Assembly (NCBI GenBank): GCA_963796285.1
Contig: CAWCKW010000012.1
Coordinates: 1,120,001-1,184,000 of the forward strand
Direction of reading: 5' to 3'
Origin: Nitrospirota bacterium
GTDB lineage: Bacteria > Nitrospirota > UBA9217
DNA: 64,000 nucleotides
Shown here: positions 12,033-22,586 of the stretch, in pieces
Layout: each line of letters begins with the position of its first letter
Position numbering within the stretch: the stretch's first letter is position 1
Program-made: the position numbers and the translations under genes
Notes under the pieces: generated by a model
Databases searched by the model: none
Told to the model about the DNA's origin: nothing
Seen by the model: the letters and a program-made list of their open reading frames with translations, nothing else

Positions 12033-13176
12033 ATGACAAGTCTGACTGTTTTCATCGGGGTGGTTCTCATCTGCATCGTGTTGTGGGATGCCTTCGAGAC
12101 CGTGGTGTTTCCGCGCCGTGTGACGCGCCGGGTGCGGCTTGTTCGACTCTTTTACCGGCTCACCTGGCCGCTCTGGTCAAGAACGGTCCGCGCGCTTGCT
12201 TCAAGTAAACGCCAGGAAAATTACCTGAGTTACTTCGGCCCGCTTTCATTTATCATTTTGCTCAGCATGTGGGCAGGCCTCCTGATCATCGGCTTCGCCC
12301 TCCTGTACTGGGCGCCGGGCAATGCCATCAAAACGCCGGAAGGGACTGCGGGCTTCAGTTCCTGTGTCTACTTCAGCGGCACCACGTTCTTCACCCTTGG
12401 CCTGGGAGACGTAGTTCCCCATGCATGGCTCGCACGAGTGCTGAGCGTGTTCGAAGCGGGAATGGGGTTCGGCTTTCTCGCGATCGTCATCAGTTACCTC
12501 CCGGCCCTCAATCAGTCATTTTCCCGGCGTGAAGTGAATATTTCGCTCCTGGATGCCCGTGCAGGCTCTCCGCCCACAGCCGCGGAAATACTCCGGCGGC
12601 ATATCGGCGACCACGACGTAGAGGCGCTCCAAAAGCTCCTGAACGAGTGGGAACACTGGGCAGCAGAGCTGCTCGAAAGTCATCTGTCCTATCCCGTGCT
12701 CGTCTATTTCCGGTCCCAGCACGACAACCAGTCCTGGCTTGCGGCGCTCACCTCCATCCTCGATACCAGTGCGTTTGCCATAGCAAGCCTCGAGGGTGCC
12801 TGCGCGAGCCAGGCCAAGCTGACCTTCGCCATGGCCCGGCATGCCGTCGTGGACCTCGCCCTCGTTCTGCACGCGCCTCCCCGGGACCCGGTAAGCGATC
12901 GCCTCGACGAAGCAACGCTCGTGGCGCTGCGAACGTTCCTGGCTGCGGAAGGCAAGCGCATCAAGGATGATCCAGAAGCTGAACAGAAGTTGAAGGAATT
13001 ACGGCTTATGTATGAACCCTACGTTTATGCCCTGTCCGAACGCCTGCGTCTGGCGATACCTCCCTGGATTATAGAAACAAGTAACGGCGGACAACTGGCA
13101 GGTAAGCGCCTGGGGACAGAGCACAGGGTTCGGGAAAACAGCCAGGCCAAAACATCGGGATGACGGGCATTTCTGA
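12033..13176 (+). CDS. Potassium/ion channel family membrane protein (probable frameshift near 13087)
   Basis: TM segments and pore motif YFSGTTFFTLGLGD; an alternate frame supplies a DNWQVSAW...GHF ending at 13176. Confidence 0.8.
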
Positions 13177-13192
13177 TGAGGTCTTCATACCG

Positions 13193-13720
13193 CTAGCCGA
13201 CTTTGCCGGGATGTTCGCGCCGAACCATCTGAATCACCTGGTCCAGTTTCTGCAAAAAGCTTGACCTGTCGCGTTTGGAGAAGGGTGCCGGCCCCCCGGT
13301 GATCTCGCCGTTCCCACGCAGTTCTGCAAGCAGGTTACGGGTTGCGACAGCATCTCCGATGTTTTCCTCGGTGAAGGCCTTCCCCGTTGGGCCGATTGCG
13401 TAGGCACCAGCCTTGATGCATCGGCTCGCGAGAAGGACATCAGCCGTGATCACGATGTCGTGGGGAGTGACATTGGCAACAATCCAGTTGTCGGCCTCAT
13501 CTACCCCATCGCCGACAACGTGAAGTACAATTCCATCCTCTGTGGGCACGCGCATCCAGGAGTTGGCCACCAGGGTGACACCTATATGATACCTGGCTGC
13601 AACCCGGTAGACCTCCTGCTTCACCGGGCATGCGTCAGCATCTACGAAAACATTCAGCAATCGATATCCTTGTTTGACAAACTCAAAGGGATCCAGTGAG
13701 GTTGTCTCTAGCCGATCCAT
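13193..13720 (-). CDS. YaiI/YqxD (UPF0178/DUF188) family protein
   Basis: VDADACPVK, ADNWI, DIVITAD, GGPAPFSKRDR motifs. Confidence 0.92.
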   Translation of the reverse strand: MDRLETTSLDPFEFVKQGYRLLNVFVDADACPVKQEVYRVAARYHIGVTLVANSWMRVPTEDGIVLHVVGDGVDEADNWIVANVTPHDIVITADVLLASRCIKAGAYAIGPTGKAFTEENIGDAVATRNLLAELRGNGEITGGPAPFSKRDRSSFLQKLDQVIQMVRREHPGKVG

Positions 13721-13737
13721 CGTTCAATTGTTTTGAT

Positions 13738-14607
13738 CTAGTCAAGCGCCCCATGTTCTTTTGCAGTCTTGATCCAGTGTTCGGCCAGTTCAGCAGGATT
13801 TGCGCCCAGACCACGGCCAAGGTGCAGCGCCAGTCCCATCAATAACCCCGATGCTTTGCGGAAATCGGTGACATTGTCCAGTGTGCCAAATGATTCTTGA
13901 GCTTTCAAGAAGAGCAGATCGTGATGCCGGCGAGAAAAAGCTATGGGATCATGTAAGCCATCCGCTAACTCAGGGATCATCAGCAGGTCTATCCACTCGG
14001 TACCAAGCCGGTCATGCAATTGTTCGGGCTCTTCTCTACCCATCTCTCGCCAGAGACCCAATGTCTGCCGGTCACCCGATTCGGCCAAACCACTTTCCAG
14101 CAGAAGGGCGAAAGCGCTATCAGCTAAATTTTGCATCAGTTCGAGATACTCATCCTGAGCAACTTCGAAGCGCTTCGCGGCCTGTCCTTCAATGTAGGCG
14201 GCGACACTCAATTGAGGCAGATCTAAAACTTCCGGACACCCTTCCATACAGGGGAAATCACTCCCTTGGTACAGGTAGTACAGTTCCTCGCCCTGCCTTT
14301 GGCGGCCAAGAGGATATAACCGGCAGGCCAATGGGCGCCCCACATGCACGCTGCATCCAAAATCAGGTACATACTGGCTGCACGCCGGCTGCTGTCTCCA
14401 GCCGGGCGCACCATCAAAACGCAAATGGATGCCGCCAAAATCGCAGTAACGATCACGAAACGCCCTCGGGGTCAGTCCTTTTGCTTCGGCCAGACACGCC
14501 AGTTCCCACGGGTTCAGCCTGACAGTTTTGCCATGACAGCAGGTGCCTGAACGTGAACAGGTAAGTGGCAGATTATCAGTAAGGGTGAGTATGGTCGTGA
14601 CCGACAT
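13738..14607 (-). CDS. YkgJ family cysteine-cluster (putative Fe-S/Zn) protein
   Basis: CSRSGTCC, CSVHVGRPLACRLYP motifs. Confidence 0.85.
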   Translation of the reverse strand: MSVTTILTLTDNLPLTCSRSGTCCHGKTVRLNPWELACLAEAKGLTPRAFRDRYCDFGGIHLRFDGAPGWRQQPACSQYVPDFGCSVHVGRPLACRLYPLGRQRQGEELYYLYQGSDFPCMEGCPEVLDLPQLSVAAYIEGQAAKRFEVAQDEYLELMQNLADSAFALLLESGLAESGDRQTLGLWREMGREEPEQLHDRLGTEWIDLLMIPELADGLHDPIAFSRRHHDLLFLKAQESFGTLDNVTDFRKASGLLMGLALHLGRGLGANPAELAEHWIKTAKEHGALD

Positions 14608-14720
14608 TGTGGGTTTTCCTTCTGCATTTCATTTGTTCAAATTCTCGCATAACACGCGAGGGAGACGCGAGTCTTTTGCGCGTCGGTCTCGATCCGCTTG
14701 AGAACACAGCGTGGAACGTT
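14593..14720. repeat. 128-bp direct repeat, copy 1 (contains attC-like hairpin and ykgJ start)
   Basis: Identical to 16125-16252 by direct comparison. Confidence 0.9.
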
Positions 14721-14807
14721 TAAAAGTGACTGGAGACCATCCCGGATTTCCAACATCCGCAACTCTTGGTGTCAACATCTTCGCCTCGGTTGGTAATCGG
14801 CCGGAAC

Positions 14808-15716
14808 TCAATTGCTGAGGAAGATATACTGTTTCAACAAATTGACTTTTCCAAGAGTATAGTCAAAAGGCAGCACGTGGGGAATTTGATATATCGGATT
14901 GACCCTCTTTTGGAGTTCCGCGAGCACAGGCGTCGGCAGGAGAAAATGGTTCAGGATAACCTTGGCCGGGGCTACGAATATCCTGCTGTCACGGACCTCC
15001 AAGCGGAGCGCTGCATACCCTTCAAAGCGATCGTTTACCATGAACTTTTCGACGAGCTTTCTGTCTTTCGGGGGTATCGTACTGGCCGGGACACTGAACT
15101 CCAATTCAATATACGGGGGGCTGAATTTGATCAGAAATTTGTCGTAGTGAAAGTTCCGCCTCCTCGCCGTCCTTATGAATTCATTTTTTATCGTTTGTTC
15201 CGAAACCAGCATCCTGACAGCAAAATCCGAGTAAGAAGTAATTTTAACGGTGTTTGCATTTCTTAACGCCTTGAAATCGATCTTCGGATTGGTATACTGC
15301 GCGGTGACGTAGTCGACAGGTACATCGTTTATCGGGAGCGATACGAATTTCATGAATAAGGACTTCAGGTCCCCGTTTTTGTTGTCCCCGGTGTTCGTTT
15401 TAATCTCTATTCGTTCACACTTCACCGTTTTTCTCAGTGCTTTCGCAAGCTCACCGTCAAGCGATTCCCGGGAATAGAGTGTGGACGTGCCAGATAAAAG
15501 TACGATTACAGCCGCCAAGGCCGTAATCAAACGAGTACGGACGGGATAATTGACAAATCTATTTTTGAAAAAGTGTGCCGTCTTCAATATAGAGGTCCTC
15601 TGCGTTATAGAGTTTGGGATTCGGCACGCTGATGCGATAGTGGCCGGCGCCGTTGGTCTCGGACAGGGTGTACACGTACGGTGTTCCGCTCGCGGGATCG
15701 TTGCCGATACGATCAA
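14808..15716 (-). CDS. Hypothetical exported/membrane-anchored protein (true start likely downstream, ~15590)
   Basis: Long ORF with hydrophobic LITALAAVIVLL segment; upstream part overlaps the next gene. Confidence 0.65.
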   Translation of the reverse strand: MIVSATIPRAEHRTCTPCPRPTAPATIASACRIPNSITQRTSILKTAHFFKNRFVNYPVRTRLITALAAVIVLLSGTSTLYSRESLDGELAKALRKTVKCERIEIKTNTGDNKNGDLKSLFMKFVSLPINDVPVDYVTAQYTNPKIDFKALRNANTVKITSYSDFAVRMLVSEQTIKNEFIRTARRRNFHYDKFLIKFSPPYIELEFSVPASTIPPKDRKLVEKFMVNDRFEGYAALRLEVRDSRIFVAPAKVILNHFLLPTPVLAELQKRVNPIYQIPHVLPFDYTLGKVNLLKQYIFLSN

Positions 15717-15963
15717 GGAACGCAGGCTGGAGTTGTTCTAATTTCCGGGGGTATTCCATATTAACGACGAAGTAGGCCTCGACGGCTTTTGAAAGGTTCT
15801 GCAAATCTGCCTGTACCTGTTCCCGGGAGGTAGCGTACGTCTGTTTCGGAGGTTCATAGTTATTGACGCCCCCTTTCCAGTAAAGGACGGCAACATAACC
15901 AAGGATAACCGCTGCAATCACGATCAGGATGGATAAAAATACGATGATTTTTTTCTTTCGCAT
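15559..15963 (-). CDS. Membrane-anchored pseudopilin/GspG-C-terminal-like hypothetical protein
   Basis: N-terminal TM, then DLQNLSKAVEAY...YP..LEQL...DPASGTPYVY resembling a GspG-type domain. Confidence 0.6.
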   Translation of the reverse strand: MRKKKIIVFLSILIVIAAVILGYVAVLYWKGGVNNYEPPKQTYATSREQVQADLQNLSKAVEAYFVVNMEYPRKLEQLQPAFLDRIGNDPASGTPYVYTLSETNGAGHYRISVPNPKLYNAEDLYIEDGTLFQK

Positions 15964-16124
15964 AGGCGGATTTCCTATCTCATGGTGTCATCCCAGCAAC
16001 CGATTCATGACCGGGACGTTGTATGTGCTGGCATCACGATATTGCGACGCAACATTCTTTGCCGGAGAATCCCATCAAATCGCCCTGACAACGTCTGCTC
16101 AGGAACAAATTTGCGGAAGCTTTA

Positions 16125-16252
16125 GGTCGTGACCGACATTGTGGGTTTTCCTTCTGCATTTCATTTGTTCAAATTCTCGCATAACACGCGAGGGAGACGC
16201 GAGTCTTTTGCGCGTCGGTCTCGATCCGCTTGAGAACACAGCGTGGAACGTT
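16125..16252. repeat. 128-bp direct repeat, copy 2
   Basis: Identical to 14593-14720. Confidence 0.9.
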
Positions 16253-16335
16253 GTGTCTGAAGTGGACTTATCTACCATCCTGGCCAAAGTTCAGCGTAAG
16301 TCCATGTAGGGCACAACGTCCCCTTTGGTCTCCTA

Positions 16336-16627
16336 GGGCCAGCATCATATCGGAAACCAAATAGAGCCCGGCGGTCACGGGCCAGGCCAGACCCTTGGTC
16401 TGGGCGAGCAATACGCCTGCCGGGATTCCGCCCCCGACAGGGATAAGGAAGAGCATCAATACGGAAAGCATGGGGGATATTAACAAAAGAGACGGACAAA
16501 GGCAAGCGGTTGGGCGGGCTTGGTATTGTGGGGTATTTAACAAAGGTTGATATATCTAATTAGATGCTTGGTAAGGACAACAGAGCGGAAAAATGTCGAC
16601 ATGCAACAAAGGAGACCTGACCCTACC
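16336..16627 (-). pseudogene. Truncated duplicate (promoter plus 5' end) of the 4277..4897 membrane-protein gene
   Basis: Near-identical to ~4690-4977; translation diverges after SDMMLAL. Confidence 0.85.
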
Positions 16628-16735
16628 ATGCTCCCTTGGCACCCGAGAAACAAAAAGGCCGAATAATTTTCTCTCCGGCCATAATCGCTCAAGCTGCACA
16701 ACGGGTGCAACAACATCCCTAAGATGTTTCCGGGC

Positions 16736-17246
16736 TTACTCACGATGATGGTATCGTCCTAAATCCATTACTTTCGCTAATATTTGGTTAGCTATGTCAA
16801 AATTATTTTTTTGCGTCTCAAGATCGTATATCCATTTAATGCCATGAAAAAGATTATTTCTGTACCTATAAATAATGATGAGAAGCGCACGAACAATATG
16901 TTCGATTTCACGATCTTCGCCATTGAGTACAGCTTTAACTAATTCTTGCTGATCATTTATTCTAAAATTGAGGCTATGAAAGTGCTCGTAAGCAGAGGGG
17001 CCCGTATTATAGCGATATGAAAAATAATTTAGATAAACGGAGAAATAGCTGCAGGTTAAGCGTTCCTTGCGTCGATAAACTTTGCGTTATTTGTGTAAGT
17101 TTTTTGGGAGAAGCTTTTTGTCCGCAAGCTGTTCTTTCAAATAAGTTCCACATTAATGAAAAATGAAGAACAGGTTGAATATCTGCCACCTTGAGTTCTC
17201 TGCTAGCGGAACCAGATTGATTTAACCATCCAATAGCGTCAAACAT
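16736..17246 (-). CDS. HEPN-domain protein (Apea-like), one apparent frameshift ~17043
   Basis: Removing one T in a TTT run joins MFDAIGW...FSLMWNLFE to ...IIIYRYRNNLFHGIKW (Rx4H); AT-rich. Confidence 0.65.
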
Positions 17247-17355
17247 TGCTCACCCTTTGTCCAAAATAAGTAACTTTGGGGCCGTTGTTTCTATCCATGC
17301 TTTCACAACAACAAGTTGCGCAGAAGCAATACAGCAACCATGAGAGGACAACTTT

Positions 17356-17471
17356 GGGGACGTTGTTACCCAAATAAAAATTAACCCGACAAACGAATAA
17401 TATTTCACGCCTGGTAGAGAGGATAAAAGCCAAATGATGGTATTCGCTCGTCAGGTATCAACGTCCCCAAT
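17356..17471. repeat. REP-like inverted repeat TTGGGGACGTTG...CAACGTCCCCAA
   Basis: 12-bp perfect arms; a lone half-site CAACGTCCCC also occurs at ~16314. Confidence 0.6.
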
Positions 17472-18003
17472 ACACTATTCTCTTTTTAATTAATAATTGA
17501 CCAAAACGGTTTCAATTATTGTACCTTATGACGGATTAGCAATACGATATTGAATTACTTGGTCAGCCAATTCCTTCATAGCAGTTTCCGCTTGAGCGTG
17601 CATGCCACTAAAGGCGCCCCTGGATAAATGTCTCTTGCCAGGAAGTTCCGAAGCCTTGGCCAAAAGAAAGGACCGCGACCAATATCATCATCGGAAAAAC
17701 ATGAGCATATTTTTCAATACTTCAGCTCGCATCATATCCTCATCAGCGGTCTGCAGCGATAATATGCCCAGTCCGCGCGTGACCAGAATCGCAGTTAAAA
17801 CCCGTACGAAATCTCGATGATATTCGGGTCCCATAGGGTCACCCATTTAAAGGGCACCGTCAAGGGAAAAAGCTATCTTGTGGCGAGAAACGGAACGTTT
17901 CTCGTCGAGCCTTTCCGCTATCTTCATCTTCCCATTGCCGCAGTTTCATTCGGTTTCGGTGTCAGTCTCAACTGCACCAGTCACCCATCAGGATTAAGGT
18001 CAG

Positions 18004-19351
18004 TATGGTGAAACACTGATCCATTGACCCATTCCGTCTTCTGACGGACCAGAAAATCTTCGGTTCCAGGCCGTGTCCAAATGATTGTTCAGGTCTCATG
18101 GTTATTAACCAGCCCCAAGATGGCTCACGGCATGGGCAGTAAAGATGCTGATAACGTTATAAGGGTGGGATGGATTACCAATCAGGTCTCGTGGTTTCGC
18201 CAACCCTAAGGCAGGTTCACCATCCCAGCCAGCCTATGATACAAACAGTTTCTCCGATATGAACGGCACGTGGTCTCGCATGATGTAGTATGCCGCTCTC
18301 GCCAGTTTGTGTGCAAGAGCATTGATGTGCCGTCATGAAGTTCGTTCTTTGCATCTTCCGGTTGTAATACGCCCGGGGTTCGTCGTGTAATAGCGCCGTG
18401 CGATCTCGGCTGCCTCGGAGAAGGCCCAGGCCAGATACTTATTGCCGCTTTTCTTATTCCCTTTGCCTTTTGCCTTGTCGTTGCTGATCCATTTGCTGGA
18501 GACCTTCCGGCAGTAGGAGACGATAGTTGCCTACTTTCCGAACCGACTGATCGGGCCGGTCTCCAGCATGATGGTGAGTGCCAGAGTCTTTCCCATGCCG
18601 GGATCGTCGAGGAGGCATTGTATGGTTCGCGCAATTTCACCTTTCTTCGATAACATTTTCAATGGTTTTGATCTTACGGGTCAGAAAATCGATAGATTCT
18701 TTGCTGACCTTCCCGGCCAACGCAAGATCTTCGTTCTGTTCGAAGAAGCGGCGCGACGAGATCCGTCTTCAATGCCTTCACGTCATTCGCTTTGAGCGGA
18801 ACCGTTGTTCCGGCAACGATGTTCTGCAAACTGATGATGAGCGAAGTCCTGAGCTTTACGAGATGACTTCGTTTGCGCAATAAGTCTCGGATGGGCCGAT
18901 CTTCTTTCGGATAAATGTAGCCTTCGGGTAGAATTTCGAGCCTCAGCATCTCGGCCAGCCAGAAGGCATCATGCTGATCATCGGAATACTTGAGCCCCGT
19001 GTATTGTCTTTATCTCCGAGGGTTGGCGAGATGTACCTTGTATCCTTCCGCCATCAGCGCATCCACCAGCCAGTACCAGTTGTACGTGGACTCGATGACG
19101 ATGCCAATAATTGTATCCTTGTATGGTGCAAGGCGCTGAAAGAATTTGTTCCGGATAATTGGGAAGCTTTTTCTTGAATACTCGTTTACCAGTTTCATCA
19201 ATGATCGCCAGATAACTGTTGCTTGAATGTAAATCAATTCCTGTGTACAATTGCATAAAGCACCTCCTGGGTTTAAGATTGGTCGTCTTTTCCCATGAGC
19301 ATATCAGAGCCTAACCGTTCTGGTATGCTCTGGAGGTGCCCTTTATATGGT
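18004..19351 (-). mobile_element. IS110/IS1111-family element; transposase (~18234-19256) disrupted by multiple frameshifts
   Basis: MQLYTGIDLHS, IESTYNW, DAFWLA (DEDD RuvC-like) and SNDK..GKGNKKSGNKYL fragments across frames; TATGGT repeated at 18004 and 19346 as candidate boundaries. Confidence 0.8.
18010..18230 (-). ncRNA. Putative bridge/seekRNA-like non-coding end of the IS110 element
   Basis: Non-coding segment 3' of the transposase with two similar stem-loop modules GGG(T/C)TGG..ACCA(C/T)GAGACCTGA. Confidence 0.5.
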
Positions 19352-19477
19352 TATACAGGTCTATAATGATATATCGCGCGCCTCCCCTCCTTGCTCCTCT
19401 CCCTCCGCAGCTCCTCCTGCCCTAACCCGCTTTTCCTTCTATCCAACCAGCACACTCTCAAGACAAACACCTGCACA

Positions 19478-20113
19478 TCAACTCACCACTGCTATGCTCT
19501 CTATTATTTCAGTTGAATTTTTTACGATAGCGATCCGTTCGAGGATTTTTAAAGAACGTTCATGCGCATCCCGGTCCATCGAAGAAACGCAATCGGAAAC
19601 AACCACCGGGTAGAATCCCCTGTTTGAAGCATCACGCGCCGATGATTCGATCCGAGCCTCGGTTGCTATACCGGTAAAGAGCAGCGTCGTTATCCGCCTG
19701 TTTTTCATCATAAGCTCGAAATTCGTCCCGATGAAAATGCTTGCCGTTGCTTTATCCAGAAGGATGTCCCCCTTCGCAGGCTTTACAGCCTCGGGTATCT
19801 CCCGTTCTCGCGAGCCGGGCGGCATAAAATTCGGCAGTTTGTCCGGGTCCTTGACATTATAGCGCCGCATCATATTGAAAATGCCCCAGGATGACTGGAA
19901 TTCCCTCGGAAGCGGCGTTATGAGGGTATAGACAACAGGCATTTTATTTCGCATGGTCTCCACAAGACGCTTCAGATTGCCGATAAATTCCTCCTTGTTG
20001 AATATTCTGTCTACAAGGCCGTTTTGGACATCCCAGACAACGAGGCACGAGTGGCCGGGATCGGCTATTTCTTTCAGATCTTCATATATGGTGAGGCCAT
20101 TTGCATTTATCAT
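19478..20113 (-). CDS. Isochorismatase/cysteine hydrolase family protein
   Basis: LVVWDVQN, DK..ASIF.GT, GIATE..IESSARDA...GF.PVVVSDC; canonical catalytic Cys position not Cys. Confidence 0.85.
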   Translation of the reverse strand: MINANGLTIYEDLKEIADPGHSCLVVWDVQNGLVDRIFNKEEFIGNLKRLVETMRNKMPVVYTLITPLPREFQSSWGIFNMMRRYNVKDPDKLPNFMPPGSREREIPEAVKPAKGDILLDKATASIFIGTNFELMMKNRRITTLLFTGIATEARIESSARDASNRGFYPVVVSDCVSSMDRDAHERSLKILERIAIVKNSTEIIESIAVVS

Positions 20114-20218
20114 CAACGACTCCTTTCTGCAGAAAGCATCCAATGACGTTTCAAGCGGCTTAGCCTGTCATGGGAAACCCGCTACGAGCATGTCGATGAG
20201 ACATTCGATGTATCCGGC

Positions 20219-20761
20219 TTATTTCTTTTGCACATACTTATTGGAGTACTGGTTGTGCTTAACTTTGTTATAGTCCAGCTCGCTCTCAGGAACCGGCTTC
20301 TTCGTTTCGTCCGGATAGCCGATGCTCACCATGCATTCAACCTTGATGTGCTCGGGCAGTCCCAGCAGACCTTGCATATATTGCTCTGCTGACATTGTTT
20401 CCGTGTGCATACGGTTTCTGATCTGTATCCAGCAGCTGCCGAGACCCAACGAGTGAGCGGTCATCTGAACAAGGATCGCAGCAATGGAGCAGTCTTCAAC
20501 CCATACGTCGCATTTTACGCTGTCGGCACACACGACGATCCCCATGGCTGCGTCCCGCAAATGATGCGATCCGTGCTCTCGTGCTTCCGAAAGCTTGACC
20601 AGGAGCTCTTGATCATCAACAACGATAAATTCCCATGATTTGATGTTTCGCGAGGTAGGTGAGCGGAGTAATGCCTCTATAAGGATATCTCGGGTTTTGC
20701 TCTCAAGAGGCGTATGAGCATATTTACGAATACTTCTGCGTGTGCGTAAGAGATCGATCAT
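20219..20761 (-). CDS. Nitroreductase family protein
   Basis: RRSIRKY, SPTSRN..SWEFIVV, DCSIAA, LGLGSCW. Confidence 0.93.
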   Translation of the reverse strand: MIDLLRTRRSIRKYAHTPLESKTRDILIEALLRSPTSRNIKSWEFIVVDDQELLVKLSEAREHGSHHLRDAAMGIVVCADSVKCDVWVEDCSIAAILVQMTAHSLGLGSCWIQIRNRMHTETMSAEQYMQGLLGLPEHIKVECMVSIGYPDETKKPVPESELDYNKVKHNQYSNKYVQKK

Positions 20762-20943
20762 GCCATATCCCCCCATAGCGGTATGCAAGGCCGATGACGA
20801 ATGTTTTGATTATACGCGCATGCAATATGTTGTCAAGAACATCGGTGAGTATTTGAATCCGACGTAAGGCGACGAAGATGCGACGATGCGGCGACGAGAG
20901 TCGACTGGGAAACACGGGGCCGTTGACTCCTCGTCAGGCGGGT

Positions 20944-21595
20944 TTATCTTTTTGCAACAAGGCGCTGCCCCAGATCAAAGGCCTTCTGACAGTCAGCGGG
21001 AAATATTTCTTTACGTCTCAAAGCCTTCTTCTTTGGATCAAAATGCTCCATGATGACCTTTGAATAGTCAGGGAACTGGTACGTGTCATAGCGAGCACAA
21101 GGTTTCGGCCTCGCCAAAGATCATCTTTAACGATGCTTCGGTGGCGCTCATCATTGCCTGGTAGCCGATCTGCGCGCTCATTTCCTCGGGAACGTTCATC
21201 GTGTAGATCATCGCCGTCCGCAATTTACGCGGGAAGAGAGACCGGGGAGGCTGGGAATACACAAGAGGGGCAAAGAGAAGGCGTTCCATGCATGATTTCA
21301 GCTCTCCGGACATGGACCCGAAATATACCGGAGTTCCCAGCACCACTGCGTCGGCCTGGTCCTCGATCCGTTTTAAAACAGGGGTGAGCTCATCTTTCAT
21401 GGCGCATTTGCCCTTGGCGGGCGAGTCGATCATTTTACACACGAAACAACTCGTGCAGCCTTTGAAGGTGAGGTCATAGAGATGGATCAACTCGGTTTCT
21501 GCCCCTGCGGCTTGTGCCCCTTCGATTGTTTTTTTCAGCAGCGTTCCCGTGTTCCAGCTTTTTCTCGGGCTGCCGTTGATGGCGATCAGTTTCAT
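20944..21595 (-). CDS. Flavodoxin/NADPH-dependent FMN reductase family protein (frameshift ~21091)
   Basis: INGSPRK.WNT, CTSCFVC, GTPVYFG; continues in another frame YDTYQFPDYSK...DCQKAFDLG to TAA 20944. Confidence 0.85.
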
Positions 21596-21670
21596 AGCGA
21601 AGACCCTCCAATAACATCAAGACTATTTACCACGAAGCACGCCCTGCTTGCTAGCTTTCAGAATACGATT

Positions 21671-22557
21671 CCCATGCGAAAATTTAGCCAGGCGACCGAG
21701 TCCGAGGGTTGAAGCATTTCGGATGTCTGAGCCCGCAGGATGGCAAGCCTGTGGCCAGCGGTTTAGGAGTGCGAAGTCGCGAATGCAAGCTATTTCCGAA
21801 ATGTACTGAGGACGACCGAGCATGGCGTGAAGAATTTTCGCCGGGTGCCCTTCTTTCGGTTACCTTTCTTGGGCACGCAAGAAAGGTGACAAAGCATATG
21901 CAAACCCCTGCCAGGAAGTCCACGATCCTTGTTTTTTTTCTGCACCCCAGTTCACAGGTCCGCGCAGGCATGCACTGATGTTACCAGTTATCACCCTCTT
22001 CTGCTGTCGCAGCGCTCCACCCTCGCCATGTAAACAGGGCTCGGCCGCGTCTGCCTGGTCTTGTGGGTTAATTATCTTTATCAAGCATCGCATGTATGTG
22101 CACGAACCTGTTCATGGGATGCAGGGGGTTTTGGAAAGGCAAAGGCTTTGAGTCCTTAATCTTTTGCCCCCCCATGCGAAAATTTAGGCAGGCGACGAGT
22201 CCGAGGGTGAAGCATTTCGGACCGAAATGTACTGAGGACGATTGAGCATGCCGTCAAGAATTTTCGCCGGGTGCCCTTCTTTCGGTTACCTTTCTTGGGC
22301 ACGCAAGAAAGGTGACAAGAAAATTCAAGCCCATACCTGGCAGTCCACGATCCTTGTTTTTTTTCTGCACCCCAGTTCACAGGTCCGCGCAGGCATGCAC
22401 TGATGTTACCAGTTATCACCCTCTTCAGCTGTCGCAGCGCTCCACCCTCGCCAGTGAACAATAGCTCGGCCGCGTCTGCCTGGTCTTGTGGGTTAATTAT
22501 CTTTTCCGAGCATCGCATGCTTGTGCGCGAACCTGTTCATGGGATGCAGGGGGTTTT
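21671..22557. repeat. Tandem array of ~500-bp structured non-coding repeats (modules X-Y-X-Y)
   Basis: X (21671-21890, 22167-22316): CCATGCGAAAATT...AATTTTCGCCGGG plus ACCTTTCTTG-GGCACG-CAAGAAAGGT. Y (21902-22132, ~22343-22557): CCCCTGC...GCAGGGG. Confidence 0.92.
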
Positions 22558-22586
22558 GGAAATTCAAAGTCTTTAAGAACGTATGC

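Noticed and set aside
17690-17850. Possible ~52-aa minus-strand ORF (MGDPMGPEY...)
   Set aside because: No clear RBS or recognisable motif; insufficient support.
21086-21088. TGA after ETLCSL as another selenocysteine
   Set aside because: The homologous C-terminus continues in a different frame (YDTYQF), so this is an indel rather than readthrough.
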